A stretch of 64,000 nt of DNA from a virus. The DNA lies in IMG/VR virus record IMGVR_UViG_3300033489_000003, positions 40,644-104,643 of that record; one strand, given 5' to 3'. Positions 27,047-38,134 of this stretch are shown here, piece after piece. Made by a program: the position numbers and the translations under genes. The notes beneath the pieces are model-generated. The model was given only the letters and a program-made list of their open reading frames with translations, was not told where the DNA came from and ran no database searches. The first letter of the stretch is position 1. The number at the start of each line of letters is the position of its first letter.

Positions 27047-27328
27047 TCCCGCACCATCGACGCATCGTCGCTGAGATACTCAATGCAGCTGACGACGCCG
27101 AGCGCGCACGCGACGGCGACCACGATCGTTGCTAGGAGGATTCGAACTTCGGGGGATGGCATGATGATGTTGCCTTTCGGCGGAGTTGGTCGATGGCGAA
27201 GGTGGAGGACGTCATGCGGCACGGCTCCGCTTGACTGACACTGTGAAGGTTCGTGATTGGCCGCCTGTTGGCTTTCTGGAGGTAGAAAGCGTCGAGCGGC
27301 TCGTCAAATTTGCACTTAGTACATGTTT

Positions 27329-27748
27329 TCAAAACGGAATTTCATCCTCTCCGCCAACGTCGCCTAGGCCTTCGTCCGCCAGCTCCTGCCGTTTCGCTTG
27401 CGGCTTCGGCTTCGACTGTCCGCCTCCACCTTGCGCGCCGTCTTTCTTGCCGCCTCCGCCGAGTTCGATGTCCTCCGCACGCATATCGAGAGATGACTTC
27501 TGCTCTCCCTTCGACTCGTACGATCGGACCCACATCTGGCCACGCACCACGACGTAAGCGCCCTTCGTCAGGTACTGCGCCAGCTTCTCGCCGCGGTCGC
27601 CCCACATAGATACGTTGACCCAGTCGGTTACCTTTTCCTTGTTGCGGTAGGCGCTCGACGCGATCGAGAACGACGTGACAACGGTGTTGCCGACCTCTTT
27701 GGTCTCGGCGTCGCGTCCGAGATGGCCAGATACAGTTGATGAGATCAT
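27329..27748 (-). CDS. ssb: Single-stranded DNA-binding protein
   Basis: GHLGRDAE, W..V..WG...E.LA.YL.KG..V.V.G, acidic tail DEIPF. Confidence 0.95.
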   Translation of the reverse strand: MISSTVSGHLGRDAETKEVGNTVVTSFSIASSAYRNKEKVTDWVNVSMWGDRGEKLAQYLTKGAYVVVRGQMWVRSYESKGEQKSSLDMRAEDIELGGGGKKDGAQGGGGQSKPKPQAKRQELADEGLGDVGGEDEIPF

Positions 27749-28767
27749 TCGATGTCCGCCCGGTCTTCTGACTCTGCGCCACCGTTGGCAGCTGTAGCAT
27801 CGTCGATGCGTTTGCTTGCCTCGTCTGCCGCTGTCTTTAGCCTCGCCTTGTCGTCTTTGCTTGCGCCGGCCCAGATGGCTCGCCTTTCTTCCTCGAGAAC
27901 GCGGAGCGTTGCCGCATCCGAGCACGCTTCGTACTGCGCGAGCAGTTTCGAGATGTCGACTGGCTGGCGCTTTTCGCCTGGGCCGCCAGCTGCCCATTTC
28001 GCCAGCGCCTCGCCGATGTCCTCGCTCAACTGGGCCGGCTCTTTGAAGAGATGCCGGAACTGCTGCGGTATTTTCATCATCATCTGCTCGCCAGCGTATT
28101 CTGATTTCCACGTCGGGAAGCCGTTCGCGCCCGGCATGAGAAGGCACTTCAGAACCATCTCGTACACGAACTCCTCGCCCGCGATTGGCATCATGCCTAG
28201 AGCTTCAGGATCCTTGCCTGGTTTGATTTTGAGCTTCTCCTTTGCGCGCCAGCAAAAGATGAAGTTGCAATCCATCTGAAGCACGGCGTTGATGAGGCGG
28301 CGGCGCTTTTTCTTCGGCTCGCTCCACGCCGACATCTGTGCTTTCGACTCGGACACGCCCCACAGTTTGGCCAGACGCTTGGTCTCGGATGCGTGTTCTT
28401 CCAATACGCCACCCACCGACTCGTGCTCATGACTCATCGAGTCGACGATGATGATCTTCGCTCCCTTCTTAGCGCAGTGCTCGATGGCCTCCAGGTAATC
28501 GAGCGGCGAGAATGGTGCGCCGAAAGGGACGTGTGTGAACTTGAAAGTCTCCGGCGGCTTCGCTGTTGTGCCAGGAGATGGCGCGTAGTGCAGTGATCGC
28601 CGCGCCTCGGTGTCGATCACGAAGATGTCGCCGCCGGTGACGCGTTGAATGCCGGTGCCAAGGCGCAACGCGCTCATGGTTTTGCCTGTTCCGGACGGGC
28701 CTATGAGGCCGAGCAACAGGGGTGTTTTTTCTCTTATTGCCGGCGAATCAACGAATGTTCGTGACAT
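27745..28767 (-). CDS. AAA ATPase, Sak4-like ssDNA annealing protein
   Basis: Walker A GPSGTGKT, IDTE, IIVDSMSHE, RAKEK; sits between the exonuclease and ssb. Confidence 0.82.
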   Translation of the reverse strand: MSRTFVDSPAIREKTPLLLGLIGPSGTGKTMSALRLGTGIQRVTGGDIFVIDTEARRSLHYAPSPGTTAKPPETFKFTHVPFGAPFSPLDYLEAIEHCAKKGAKIIIVDSMSHEHESVGGVLEEHASETKRLAKLWGVSESKAQMSAWSEPKKKRRRLINAVLQMDCNFIFCWRAKEKLKIKPGKDPEALGMMPIAGEEFVYEMVLKCLLMPGANGFPTWKSEYAGEQMMMKIPQQFRHLFKEPAQLSEDIGEALAKWAAGGPGEKRQPVDISKLLAQYEACSDAATLRVLEEERRAIWAGASKDDKARLKTAADEASKRIDDATAANGGAESEDRADIE

Positions 28768-28805
28768 GGCCTTTTCTCCAATCGGTTGCGTTGTGAAAGA
28801 CGGAG

Positions 28806-29660
28806 CTACGCCGCAGCGTCACTCCCAAGTTCCAGCGCCATCGCCCACGGCGGCGCTTCGATCTCGATTATTCTGTCGGCGTACCCGCGCCACTTTCCAG
28901 AAGTCATGCAGAAGTTCCACGACTCGACCGCGCGATCCCACTTGCTCTGCCCGAGCTGTCGCATCGACCCACTCGGTCGCACCGGCGTAATGCAGTACGG
29001 CGGTTCAATCTCACAGAACAGGAAGACGAAGTCCGTGCGGCCGGCAAGATTCGGAACGAGCTTCCCGAGCGCACTCGTGTATGCCGCCCACTGCACGTCA
29101 TATCCATAGTCGATCATGTGCCGCTGGCAGACCTTCGGATTTGCCGACCGGATCGTTTTGACGTCGTAGATAGTTCCGCGATCGACGATGAGATGGTCCA
29201 TCATCCCGCGGCACAGCACCTCGGCGCCGAATTGCGTCTTTTCTTCCCACGCGACCGCCACCTCAGAAGCTCCGTCGAACTTGACCCCGAGGTCGTCTAG
29301 CTGATCGCGCAACGCTTCCACGACCGTTTCGGCACCGTCGATGTCACCGCGCAGCACCGGCACCTTGCCAATGAGATGCGCCGCGTCCCTGGCTTCGCGT
29401 GCCACCTTCGTCTTGAAGTCCTCCGCTTCGACGATCACGAGCCCCTTGCCGCATCCGAGCAAAAGCTCATGGATGAGCGACCCGGAATCGAGTGAGCGCG
29501 AATGCCGCGACGATGCGCCGCCGAGTTTCGGATGCGCGAGCCACGCATGCTTCGGTGATGCCGAGATCAGCATGTTGGCGATGCTTGAACTGAGCGACGG
29601 AGTAGGCAGCGGGTCGGCGTGGTACTCCGCCGCTGTGCAGTTGAGAATGCGCGCGGTCAC
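28806..29660 (-). CDS. PD-(D/E)XK exonuclease, RecE/ExoVIII-like (DUF3799)
   Basis: EYHAD..LSSS, GSLIHELLL, RGMMD, DVKT, YGYDVQWAAY, EIEPPY. Confidence 0.85.
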   Translation of the reverse strand: MTARILNCTAAEYHADPLPTPSLSSSIANMLISASPKHAWLAHPKLGGASSRHSRSLDSGSLIHELLLGCGKGLVIVEAEDFKTKVAREARDAAHLIGKVPVLRGDIDGAETVVEALRDQLDDLGVKFDGASEVAVAWEEKTQFGAEVLCRGMMDHLIVDRGTIYDVKTIRSANPKVCQRHMIDYGYDVQWAAYTSALGKLVPNLAGRTDFVFLFCEIEPPYCITPVRPSGSMRQLGQSKWDRAVESWNFCMTSGKWRGYADRIIEIEAPPWAMALELGSDAAA

Positions 29661-29838
29661 AGCTCCACCTCCGCAACCGGACTCGCCGACTCCACGAGCT
29701 CCACGCTGAACGAGCGCCCCTCGCGTCCGGTCAATTGATCCAGTTCCGCCTTCCGCAGCGGCAGCGTGAAACACCTGCCGTCGTACTCCATGAAGGCGCG
29801 GCCGTTTTTGATCTCAATCAAAGTTGCTTGGACGGTGA

Positions 29839-30270
29839 TCACTTGGATGCCTCCAGCTCGATCTCGCTAAGCCTGTCTTGCCAGGTAAACCGATCGCCTT
29901 CATCAAACGTCACTAGCGCTTCGATCTCGATAAATCCGGCCGCGGCTAGGAGCTTGTTCGTCGCCTCTGGCTCATACGGAAACTCCGCCACCCACGCATC
30001 GTATTCCTCGGCCGTGCCGCGTGGCGTTCTCATGACACGGTTCACCCTGCCACGTTGCCACTCCCAGCCGACATCGACGGCGGGAACGCCGAAGATTCGC
30101 CGCGCCGCCTCTTCCTTCCTAGCCTCCCACGCTTCCAGCTCCGCACGGAGCGGCGGTAGATGTCGCAGCAGCAGCGCCTTCAGTTCCGCCACCGTCATCT
30201 TCTCAGGATGAGAGAACCACCGTTCGCTGTAATCGGAATACGATCCGCTGGTGAATCGATATAGGTTCAC
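29839..30270 (-). CDS. Hypothetical protein
   Basis: Coupled ORF; TSGSYSDY motif common in phage genes. Confidence 0.6.
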   Translation of the reverse strand: MNLYRFTSGSYSDYSERWFSHPEKMTVAELKALLLRHLPPLRAELEAWEARKEEAARRIFGVPAVDVGWEWQRGRVNRVMRTPRGTAEEYDAWVAEFPYEPEATNKLLAAAGFIEIEALVTFDEGDRFTWQDRLSEIELEASK

Positions 30271-30654
30271 GATGCCGCGATCTCCTCGTTTATCCTGTCC
30301 GAAAGCTCAAGCACCGCGTCCAACCTGTTGCAAAGCATCGCCTGCCGGTGCTGCGCCACGAGCGCCTTCTGTAGCGCGCGCTCCGCGATGTCGTCGGCCC
30401 CGTTGACCATCGTCGCTTCGCTGAGACGCTTGACGACGTAGCGGAGTCGAAGCAGCTCGCGGCGCGCGTCTAGCAGCTTCAGCGCGAACTCTTGGTCGGA
30501 CGGCGGGCGGGTGGTCATGGTAGTACCAGGGTCGCTTTGGTTTGCAGGACGGCGGCGTGAAACTGCCTAATGGCGCCGCGAAAGTCCTCCATTTGAACAA
30601 TCGCAAGCCGCACCTTCTTGCGCTGGCGTTGCAGGCGGCGGCGCTTGTGACGCA

Positions 30655-31392
30655 TCAAAACGCCACGTCGTCCTGCGTCTCAGCCTTGAGCGCAGATGCC
30701 TTCTTGGGGGTCTCGTCCTTCGACGCATCCGGCAGGCCAATCGCCCGCCCGGTCCACTGCGACGCTTCCTCTATCTGGTCACGCGGAAACGCCTTAAGCA
30801 AGAACTTGGCAGCTATGGCGCCGTCGCCAGCGGTCGCTACGTACTCGTCGTACGTCTTTACGATGCGCCGCATTGCGGCGTCTCGGTCGCGGCAACGGCG
30901 CCAATCGGTCCACATGTCGACAAGCGCCTCCTCCTGTGCCCGGACCGCCTTATCGTGCTCCTCGCGGCGCTTGTCGTTAGACGCCGAGATCTCCGCAGCG
31001 CGCTTCACGGTCGTCAGAACTGCGCTGCTCTCTTCCTCGGATCGAAGCTTCTGCGCGCTGACCGTCGCGTCTTTGCCAAACGCCTTCGCTGACTCGATCG
31101 GCGTGCGTCCGCCGTGGTAGTTGGTTTCGACGATCACAGGATCGAGCGCCAAGAACTTCATGGCGTCTTCCGAAGAGCGGAAGGCGATGTCGAGCTTGTG
31201 CCAGGTGTCGCGGCTGACGCGGTAGAACGAAAGCGATGGCTCCGGTACTTCCGGCACGGCTTCGAGCTCCAACGTCGACGTGCGGAGAACGCCTTTAGCC
31301 ATCAGCTCGTACTCGGCGAACCGATCGACCTGTTCTTGCGTGAGTGCCGCGCGCTCTTCTTCGGGCAGCTCCCAGTAGTCTTTCGTGTTCAT
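30655..31392 (-). CDS. Hypothetical protein
   Basis: 245-aa coupled ORF with an acidic C-terminus DDVAF. Confidence 0.7.
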   Translation of the reverse strand: MNTKDYWELPEEERAALTQEQVDRFAEYELMAKGVLRTSTLELEAVPEVPEPSLSFYRVSRDTWHKLDIAFRSSEDAMKFLALDPVIVETNYHGGRTPIESAKAFGKDATVSAQKLRSEEESSAVLTTVKRAAEISASNDKRREEHDKAVRAQEEALVDMWTDWRRCRDRDAAMRRIVKTYDEYVATAGDGAIAAKFLLKAFPRDQIEEASQWTGRAIGLPDASKDETPKKASALKAETQDDVAF

Positions 31393-32005
31393 TGTCCCTC
31401 AGCCCCTTCCTGCGGTCCATCGCTGTCCCGCTCCAACACGACGGCGCCAGCCCTGACCTTTGCTTCCGCCGCGATCAATGCATCGACCACAATCCGCCGG
31501 TCATTCTCGTCGGCGGTGCCACGCATCCAGCGTTCGACCGCGGCATCCGCCTCAGCGTCCGAGTACATGCGCAGCCGCGTCTCGTGCACCAGCAGCGACA
31601 CGATCGACCCGTCTTTCTTCTTCCCCTTTCCACCAATCATCCGCAACATCTCATCCTCCTATTTGCAAACGTGCTCCCGATACCGCGCCCACCCTTCGTG
31701 AAACCGCTCTTCGTACTTTGCTGCCATCGGTTGTCGGTGCCGGTCCAGTTCCAGCACGTACGCGCCGTCATCGGCCGCCGCCCAGTCGAGCCGAATCGCC
31801 TTCTCGTCCGTGCCGATCACGATGCACGTCGCCACGCCGCAACATTTTCCGTTGCAGTACGAGCGCCCAAACGACGTATGGGGCAGGACTGGCGGCGGCG
31901 GCTTGATGTCGGGAACGTTCGCGTAGTACGACGCGCGGTCGCCGCCACCGCCGGGCAGATCGGCCCATTCGCCGGGGAAGTATTGGCGTTGGCTGGTCAT
32001 CCGGT

Positions 32006-32530
32006 TCACCAGTCCTGGCACATTGCCTCGCCCTTTTCGGCGAGCGCTGCGCGGTTCGACCGCATCCAATCGAAGTCTTTGCGGCGACCGACGACGCTAA
32101 GCGATTCGCCTCCGACGTAGAGCGTAAAGGCTTTCCAATAGCGGCCACCCGCCGCCTTGAGTTTCTCGCGCATCGTCACCGCAGCTCGCTCCGCCGACAG
32201 CGCGTTCGACGCGCAGACCTGCGCGGGCGTGTACGGTCCGAGTCGGTCGGCCTTCAATTGAAACAGCCCGAATGCCGTCGGTCTGCCATGCTTGTCGGAA
32301 TCGCATTCGCGTCTGCGCGAGACCGGGTCTACCCTCGGGCACTGGCAAGTCTCGATCTCGTGGCGAAAGTTAGATTCCCACTTAGCATTTGCTACCATCG
32401 CGAAACCCAAGGGGAGCTCGTCTTCCTCTATGGCGTTGTCGATGTCGATCGCGTACCGCGCCACCGTCTCGTTCGGCAGGTTCGGCGCTGACCACGCGAT
32501 GGCGGCTGCGATGATGTGGGCCGAGCTCAT
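32006..32530 (-). CDS. Lytic transglycosylase (SLT)-like protein
   Basis: AAGGAG RBS; WESNF, AFGLFQL, C-terminal Y.GG. Confidence 0.6.
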   Translation of the reverse strand: MSSAHIIAAAIAWSAPNLPNETVARYAIDIDNAIEEDELPLGFAMVANAKWESNFRHEIETCQCPRVDPVSRRRECDSDKHGRPTAFGLFQLKADRLGPYTPAQVCASNALSAERAAVTMREKLKAAGGRYWKAFTLYVGGESLSVVGRRKDFDWMRSNRAALAEKGEAMCQDW

Positions 32531-35500
32531 GTGTGAGTCTCCTTCAATGCGTCGATCAACCGACATTCAAGTTCGGTTAGTTCGTCAGCTTCAATAACTG
32601 TCAACTTCGCCGACTCGCGCTCTGCCCAGAAGCCCATGACGCCACGCGCCGCCTCTGCGAGTTCACTGTGTGAGGCGCGAAGTCGGTCGACCTCGACCAG
32701 AAGCGCAGCGCGGTGGCGACCGGCGACGGTATCCATGCGGCCTCGCGCCCATTCGGCGGCGTCGAGACGAATAAGATTCAGTTCTGCGGCCTTCATCGCC
32801 CACCTCGCGCGAACGCGATCCGCGCCAGGATGCACAAGTATCCCTCCCACTCCGTCGCCGCATCCAACGTGATGCCAGCCGCCTCAGCGAGTGCGCCATG
32901 CCCGTCGGGTAGCCGCACGCCAATCACGTCGTCGCCGTTATGAACGACGACGCATTCCGCGAAGATGGCGCCTCCGCTCTTCGACGGGAGCTCGATTCTG
33001 ACGGCAGTGCGATCGGCTTCGGAGTGCGCCCGGTGGATCTCATCCGCGCGCCGCAAGATGCTATCGGTGATGTGCCTGGGAACTAGGCGTCGAGCCGCTA
33101 CAACGTCCGGCGTACCGAGCGATGAGCGCGCGATCAGGTCGTCGATCTCGTCCAATTCATGGATGATCATTTGCCCTCGGCTTTCGCAATCAACACGTCG
33201 ATGCTGTGCAGTCGCTTGACGATGCGCGCCAGCGCCTCGGTTGAGATGTTGCGGTCGTAGTCGGCGATAAAGTCGCGCGCGGCCTTGAGTTCGGCGAGCA
33301 CGCTCGACGCGTAGGCGAAGAGCCTGGCCTCGTCGTCCGAGAAGATGGCCAGGCGTTCGTCGTCATAGGAAATCATCGGTCGCTCCTGTGCTTGGGGCAG
33401 TAGTCACGAACCAATTCTTGCCCGATGACATCGCCCACCCTTGGCGGCGCCGAATATCCGGCCACCTGCCATCCCATCTCTCTGGCGTAGCGCATTGCCT
33501 CATCCTGAGATGGCGCGGTCGGCGTGTGGCCCCCACAATCGCGCTGATCGCACCGAAGCTGCAACACTCTCGATTCAATGCTTGCGATGCTCATGTGCAG
33601 TTGACCTCTTTCAACGCGTCTCGCAGTGCTTGCTGTGCGAGCTCAACCCGCTTAAGTTTCCAGTCAGCCCAACCGCCGCGCTTCGCTTCGATGAGCGTCG
33701 CGTCGATCACTCCTTGCGCAAGTTCGCAGGCGCGCTTCAGGAGCTCGACGTGACGCTCCAGCCGCCGGACCTGCGCCCACGCTTCCTTGTCATCGGGTGA
33801 CCAGTTGTTGGGTCTCATAACTGCCACCACCTTTCCCGCGACAGTTCTGCCGAATGCAGGTTGCCAAGGCAGCAAACACGCGCTCGCTTTTCGCCATGAG
33901 CCCGACAAAAATCCACCTCGAATTGCGCGGCCTCACGACTGTCGTACAGGTTGCCAGTGGTATCGATGTCGCCGTCGCAAATACAGACAGCGTAGACCTT
34001 CTGTTTAGCGGCAAGCCGATACTGCCATGTGATGATGTCGCTCGGCTTCATGGGCCCGGTCATCGCTTCCAACTTTCTTCCGCAATCTTGTCTTGTAATG
34101 TCAGCTTTGCTTCCAAGTCGCGCTCCCGCTTGCGCAGACGATCGACTTCGTTCAGAAGCATACGGGCCTTCCCGATGTCAGAAGCTGGCCCGCAGTAGTC
34201 CGGGTCGTGGACCCAGGACCGGAGTCGCTGCAAATCCTCCTCCGTCATCGGATCAGCGCGCTCATCAGTGCGCATTAGGCTCCACTCTTCACCGCAACCA
34301 GGGCACACGACTTCGTCGCCGACGCTAGCGCTCTCATGCGTCTGCGATTCGTCGCAATGCGGACACCTGAGATCCTCGGCCGCCGCCAGTGGCGACGTCA
34401 GGACTTCCAGCTCCGACGCCTCTTGCGTAGTCACGATCAATAGAACGCGCCCGTCCTCAAGATCAATTCGTCCGCGATTCTTCACGTGTCCGCAGCAGCA
34501 CGCGACCGTAGCGACACCGCCGGCATTGAGCGCGGCTACGATATGGTGGATGCAACGGTCGATGGACCGTACGCGCCCGCCAAGCGGCAGCTGCACGACG
34601 TCCGTGTAGGCGCCGAGTTCACCGCACATGGTGGCTCTCCCTGGGAAGTGCAGCGATTGTTTCGCGCAGCGTAGCCGCTGCCTTTTCCAGCTCGGCGGCG
34701 TATTGGCACATTCGCTTCCGCCAAAACTCGACCGGCGACCCCTGGGCAACGGCGCGTTCACAGCGCGCCGCTTCGCGCCTTGCCGTGCGAACAACGGATT
34801 CGTAGCAGCGCTCGCTGAGAGAATCTTCAAGCTCAATGGTCATTCTGACCTCCGCTCCTTCGGCTTCAGCGCGCGGATTGCCGCGGCGTGCACGGCGCAA
34901 GCTTCCTCGCCGCCAGTGCCAGGGTGCCACTGCGATGCGTCGGCCTCGACCATCAGAGCGGCGAACTCTAGAGCGTGCCTAGAGCCGCGCTCGTACCAAT
35001 GCCTGGCCATCGTATCCGCCGTGCCGCCGCAATTGATGCAGCGGTGCGTGCCGCCGAATTTCTTCTCAGGATCGACAGCCTCGAACGTGTGTCGCTCGCA
35101 GCCGTCGAGCTTGCGGCCATTGGCTTTCACTTCTTCCCAAAGCCCGACCATCTCCTCGCGCGACATCACGACTTCACCTCGTCGGCGCACCTTACGTAGC
35201 GGACAACGCTAGCGTCACTCGGGACCGACGAGTGAACGCGTGTCGGTTCGTCTAACGACACTTGCCACGGCCCGGAAGTGCGCGCGCTCATCGCGCGGCT
35301 CCCCGCGGCGGATCCTCGTCGTCGGCCGGCGCATCCATCTCCTGCCGTGCCGCTAGCTCTTCGACCGTCAGCAGCACAACCCGCTCCGTCGTCCCCATCC
35401 ACGATGCGAGTTCCACAACGTCGAGATCGCCGGGCCGCGTCCACAGCGACGCCTTACCGTCTTCGTCAATGTCGGCCGTGACCTGTAGCTCGCCGTCGTT

Positions 35501-36219
35501 GGCGCCGTAGAGCGTGACGGTTGCGACGCGATTCACGACTGCCTCCGCGGCATCGGCATCGCAATCTCAGTCGCCAGTTGCCGCGCGTCCGATAGCACCG
35601 CGCGAGCCGTCGACGTGTCGCCGTGCTTGGCCGCCAGCGTGGCGTTGTGGATGCGTAGAGCTGTGGTGGAGTTGTACTCGCGGACGGTCTTGTTCTTCAG
35701 CATGGGTTCCCCTCGGTTTCGACTTTCGTTACGTGATGCGCGGACGTCGTCCGCTAGTTCAATGAGCAAGCTGCGCAGCGTGATCGCGACCAGCATGAGC
35801 AAGCACGCGCAAGCTGCCAGCGTGTTGACGGCGGCGCGGATGGCTAGGTCGCGGGGGTTCATCGCACCCTCTCGACGCTGACGACCATGCTGGACATGCC
35901 GACCTTGAGCACGTTGCCGACGCGCATCGCTTGGAGTTCGACTTCCGCTTGGCCGCCGCGGTCGAAGTGTTGTCCGCACGCTGCCAAGAAGACCGCCAGC
36001 GGAACTTCCGCCACCGTCTCAAGAGACGGCATTGTCCAGCGAACAACGGCGCTCATGCCGCCCTCACGGCCAGCGCGAACGTGCGCGGCGTGGTATGGCA
36101 ATCTGCATTGCAGTTCACGAGCACCATCGCGGGCGCCTCGCCCGCCGCCAACGCCATCCCGTCCTCGTTCGCCGGGACGCCGGTCGACGGGAGGAGCGCG
36201 CCGCAGTCGCAGGCGGTCG

Positions 36220-36429
36220 TTACGCCGGCGAGCGCTTGCGGGCCACGCGCAACTCGGCTCGGATCATGTTGCGAAATGCCATTCGCTTTTCCCGCAGCTT
36301 CGACACGGTCGACCAGACCTTGTCCGCCACCTTGTCCTCGTAGCTCTCGTCGCGCGCATCGAAGTCCCGGGTGTTGGACAGCACGATCTTCGAATAGTCG
36401 TCCCAGAGTCTCGTCAGGTACTTCGGCAT
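36220..36429 (-). CDS. First gene of the early-left operon, hypothetical
   Basis: GGGAG RBS, directly after PL. Confidence 0.55.
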   Translation of the reverse strand: MPKYLTRLWDDYSKIVLSNTRDFDARDESYEDKVADKVWSTVSKLREKRMAFRNMIRAELRVARKRSPA

Positions 36430-36457
36430 GGCTCCCGTCTCCGATGAACATGATCGG

Positions 36458-36498
36458 AGTCTACGGTCTATTAAGACCGGTGTCAATAAGACCGGTCT
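36458..36498 (-). promoter_or_regulatory. Early-left promoter (PL-like) with operators
   Basis: TTGACA(36486-81)-17nt-TAGACT(36463-58); palindrome CGGTCT-ATTA-AGACCG in the spacer; TAAGACCGGT repeated. Confidence 0.85.
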
Positions 36499-36500
36499 AA

Positions 36501-36968
36501 TTATTTTCTCATGAACCGTAACCCAGCGGGGCAAGGTCGGATTCCAGAGCGCGGCCCCGGCCTCCCTCTCGTTAGGGCATCCATTACCCAAGCCGGGACG
36601 GGCACCGCCGGTTCGACGCCGTCTTCGGCGCGATGCTCGAGAATCGGATCGGGCGCCGCAAGGGCGAATGCTAGCCGCAGCACATCCGCGCCGGAGTCTT
36701 TCAGATGTGTCGGCAGAGCGGACCTTGCAATCGCGGCAAACGCCACCAGCTCACCTAGGGCAGCGTCCGTCTTACGTACCGGCGGCAGGTCAATCCCGAG
36801 CGCGCGCGCAAGCGTGGTCGGTGAACACGGTGGGACGATGCGCGCGTTTACGTACAGCGACGCGACGATGCGCGCACGTCGGGCATTGCCGAACATGGGC
36901 GTCGCGGCCATCCAACGTCGGACGGCACCTTCTGTGAAGGTATTCCCCACCTCATTGACTAATGTCAC
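36501..36968 (-). CDS. Hypothetical protein downstream of the repressor (position of ImmA-like genes; no HExxH)
   Basis: ORF and context only. Confidence 0.5.
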   Translation of the reverse strand: MTLVNEVGNTFTEGAVRRWMAATPMFGNARRARIVASLYVNARIVPPCSPTTLARALGIDLPPVRKTDAALGELVAFAAIARSALPTHLKDSGADVLRLAFALAAPDPILEHRAEDGVEPAVPVPAWVMDALTRGRPGPRSGIRPCPAGLRFMRK

Positions 36969-37119
36969 AGCCCGATGTCATCGTAAAGAAGTAGGAGCGA
37001 CCTGGCCAGTCGATTCCTGCCGACGGGCAAAGTTTTACTGCGGATCGGTCGCATCCGACCAAGCGGTTGCCCTGTCGTGTTTCGCTATCGGGCCAAACTG
37101 TCACGCTTCGCCAGCGTTA

Positions 37120-37719
37120 CTATTTGCTGCCCATCTTTGCGCTCGATGGTGAGTGTGGCGGGATCGTTGGTCGCAACAGCCGCTGCGCTTCGCGCCGCAT
37201 CTCTTCTGTCGCGACTTGCTTCCACAGCCAGGCGACGATCGTAACGAACCGCGGCGTCACGTCTACTGGCACGCCGAACGCCGGCCAGTTGCGCGCGCCT
37301 GAGAAATCGATCGGCGTCAGCCCGCTGTCCGTCGACGCCGCGATTTCTGCGGCTTCCTTTTCTGAGACATCCCAACCGCGCAACTCACCAAACCGCAGCG
37401 CCTCGGTCGCGAGCTCCGGGTCGACAAGCCGAACGGTCTGTCGACGGAGAAGATCGTCCAGCGAAATCCGCCCGTCTAGGTAGTCGTTCAGCGCGAGCCT
37501 GTGCAGCTTCATTCCAGCAGCAAGACCACCGCGGATCTTCTCGGTCGTTGCCTGGTTGAGCCCCGTGCAGACCTTGTTGACGTCGTTGCGAGTCAAGCTG
37601 CGACCAGCTGCCACGGCCGCGAGCGCGACACTTTCTTGCGTCATGCCTAGTCGATCAAGAAGCGCCTGCACGCGAGCGGCACTTTCCGGTGGTTTCTTCA
37701 GCCCTTTTCGCCTGTCCAT
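37120..37719 (-). CDS. XRE-family HTH repressor (CI-like)
   Basis: RVQALLDRLGMTQESVA...TRNDVNKVCTG; divergent from a Cro-like gene. Confidence 0.72.
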   Translation of the reverse strand: MDRRKGLKKPPESAARVQALLDRLGMTQESVALAAVAAGRSLTRNDVNKVCTGLNQATTEKIRGGLAAGMKLHRLALNDYLDGRISLDDLLRRQTVRLVDPELATEALRFGELRGWDVSEKEAAEIAASTDSGLTPIDFSGARNWPAFGVPVDVTPRFVTIVAWLWKQVATEEMRREAQRLLRPTIPPHSPSSAKMGSK

Positions 37720-37726
37720 GAGCCCG

Positions 37727-37754
37727 ACGCTAGCGCCTAACACACCGGTGTAAA
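37727..37754 (-). promoter_or_regulatory. Candidate repressor promoter (leaderless mRNA)
   Basis: TTTACA-16nt-TAGCGT-7nt-ATG, no Shine-Dalgarno. Confidence 0.55.
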
Positions 37755-37787
37755 TGGGGGCTCGTGTGTCGAAATGCACCGGTCGGT

Positions 37788-37816
37788 TTGACACGGTCGA
37801 TAAAGCGACATATAAA
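37788..37816 (+). promoter_or_regulatory. Early-right promoter (PR-like)
   Basis: TTGACA-17nt-TATAAA with overlapping CGGTC half-sites. Confidence 0.85.
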
Positions 37817-37843
37817 GGTCCGGAGAGGAAGGGTCGCCGTCTG

Positions 37844-38131
37844 ATGGCCAAGACGAGAGAGATTTTCATCACAGGCGGCGCTGAGGATCTCCGTGCATGG
37901 CTCGACGCACGCGGACTCAGCATCACCAGATTCTGCGATGAGCACGACCTCGATCGCATCGAGGTGCAGCGCCACCTGCGAGGCTTGCGCGATCGCGTCT
38001 CTGTCGACTTTGCGGTCTCGATAAGAGACGCGACGAAAGGGTCTGTCAAGGTCGAGCGCTGGGCGCACTCGGAGGAGGTCCGCCGGAAACTGTTTGAGAG
38101 GCGAAGCCGCACACGACGAAAGGCGGCCTGA
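37844..38131 (+). CDS. Cro-like HTH protein
   Basis: LRAWLDARGLSITRF...I.DATKGSV....W. Confidence 0.75.
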   Translation: MAKTREIFITGGAEDLRAWLDARGLSITRFCDEHDLDRIEVQRHLRGLRDRVSVDFAVSIRDATKGSVKVERWAHSEEVRRKLFERRSRTRRKAA

Positions 38132-38134
38132 CAG

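Noticed and set aside
27132-27332. KTCTKC ORF after ssb as an HNH nuclease
   Set aside because: Only the N-terminal Zn-ribbon start is present and there is no HNH motif; at most a remnant.
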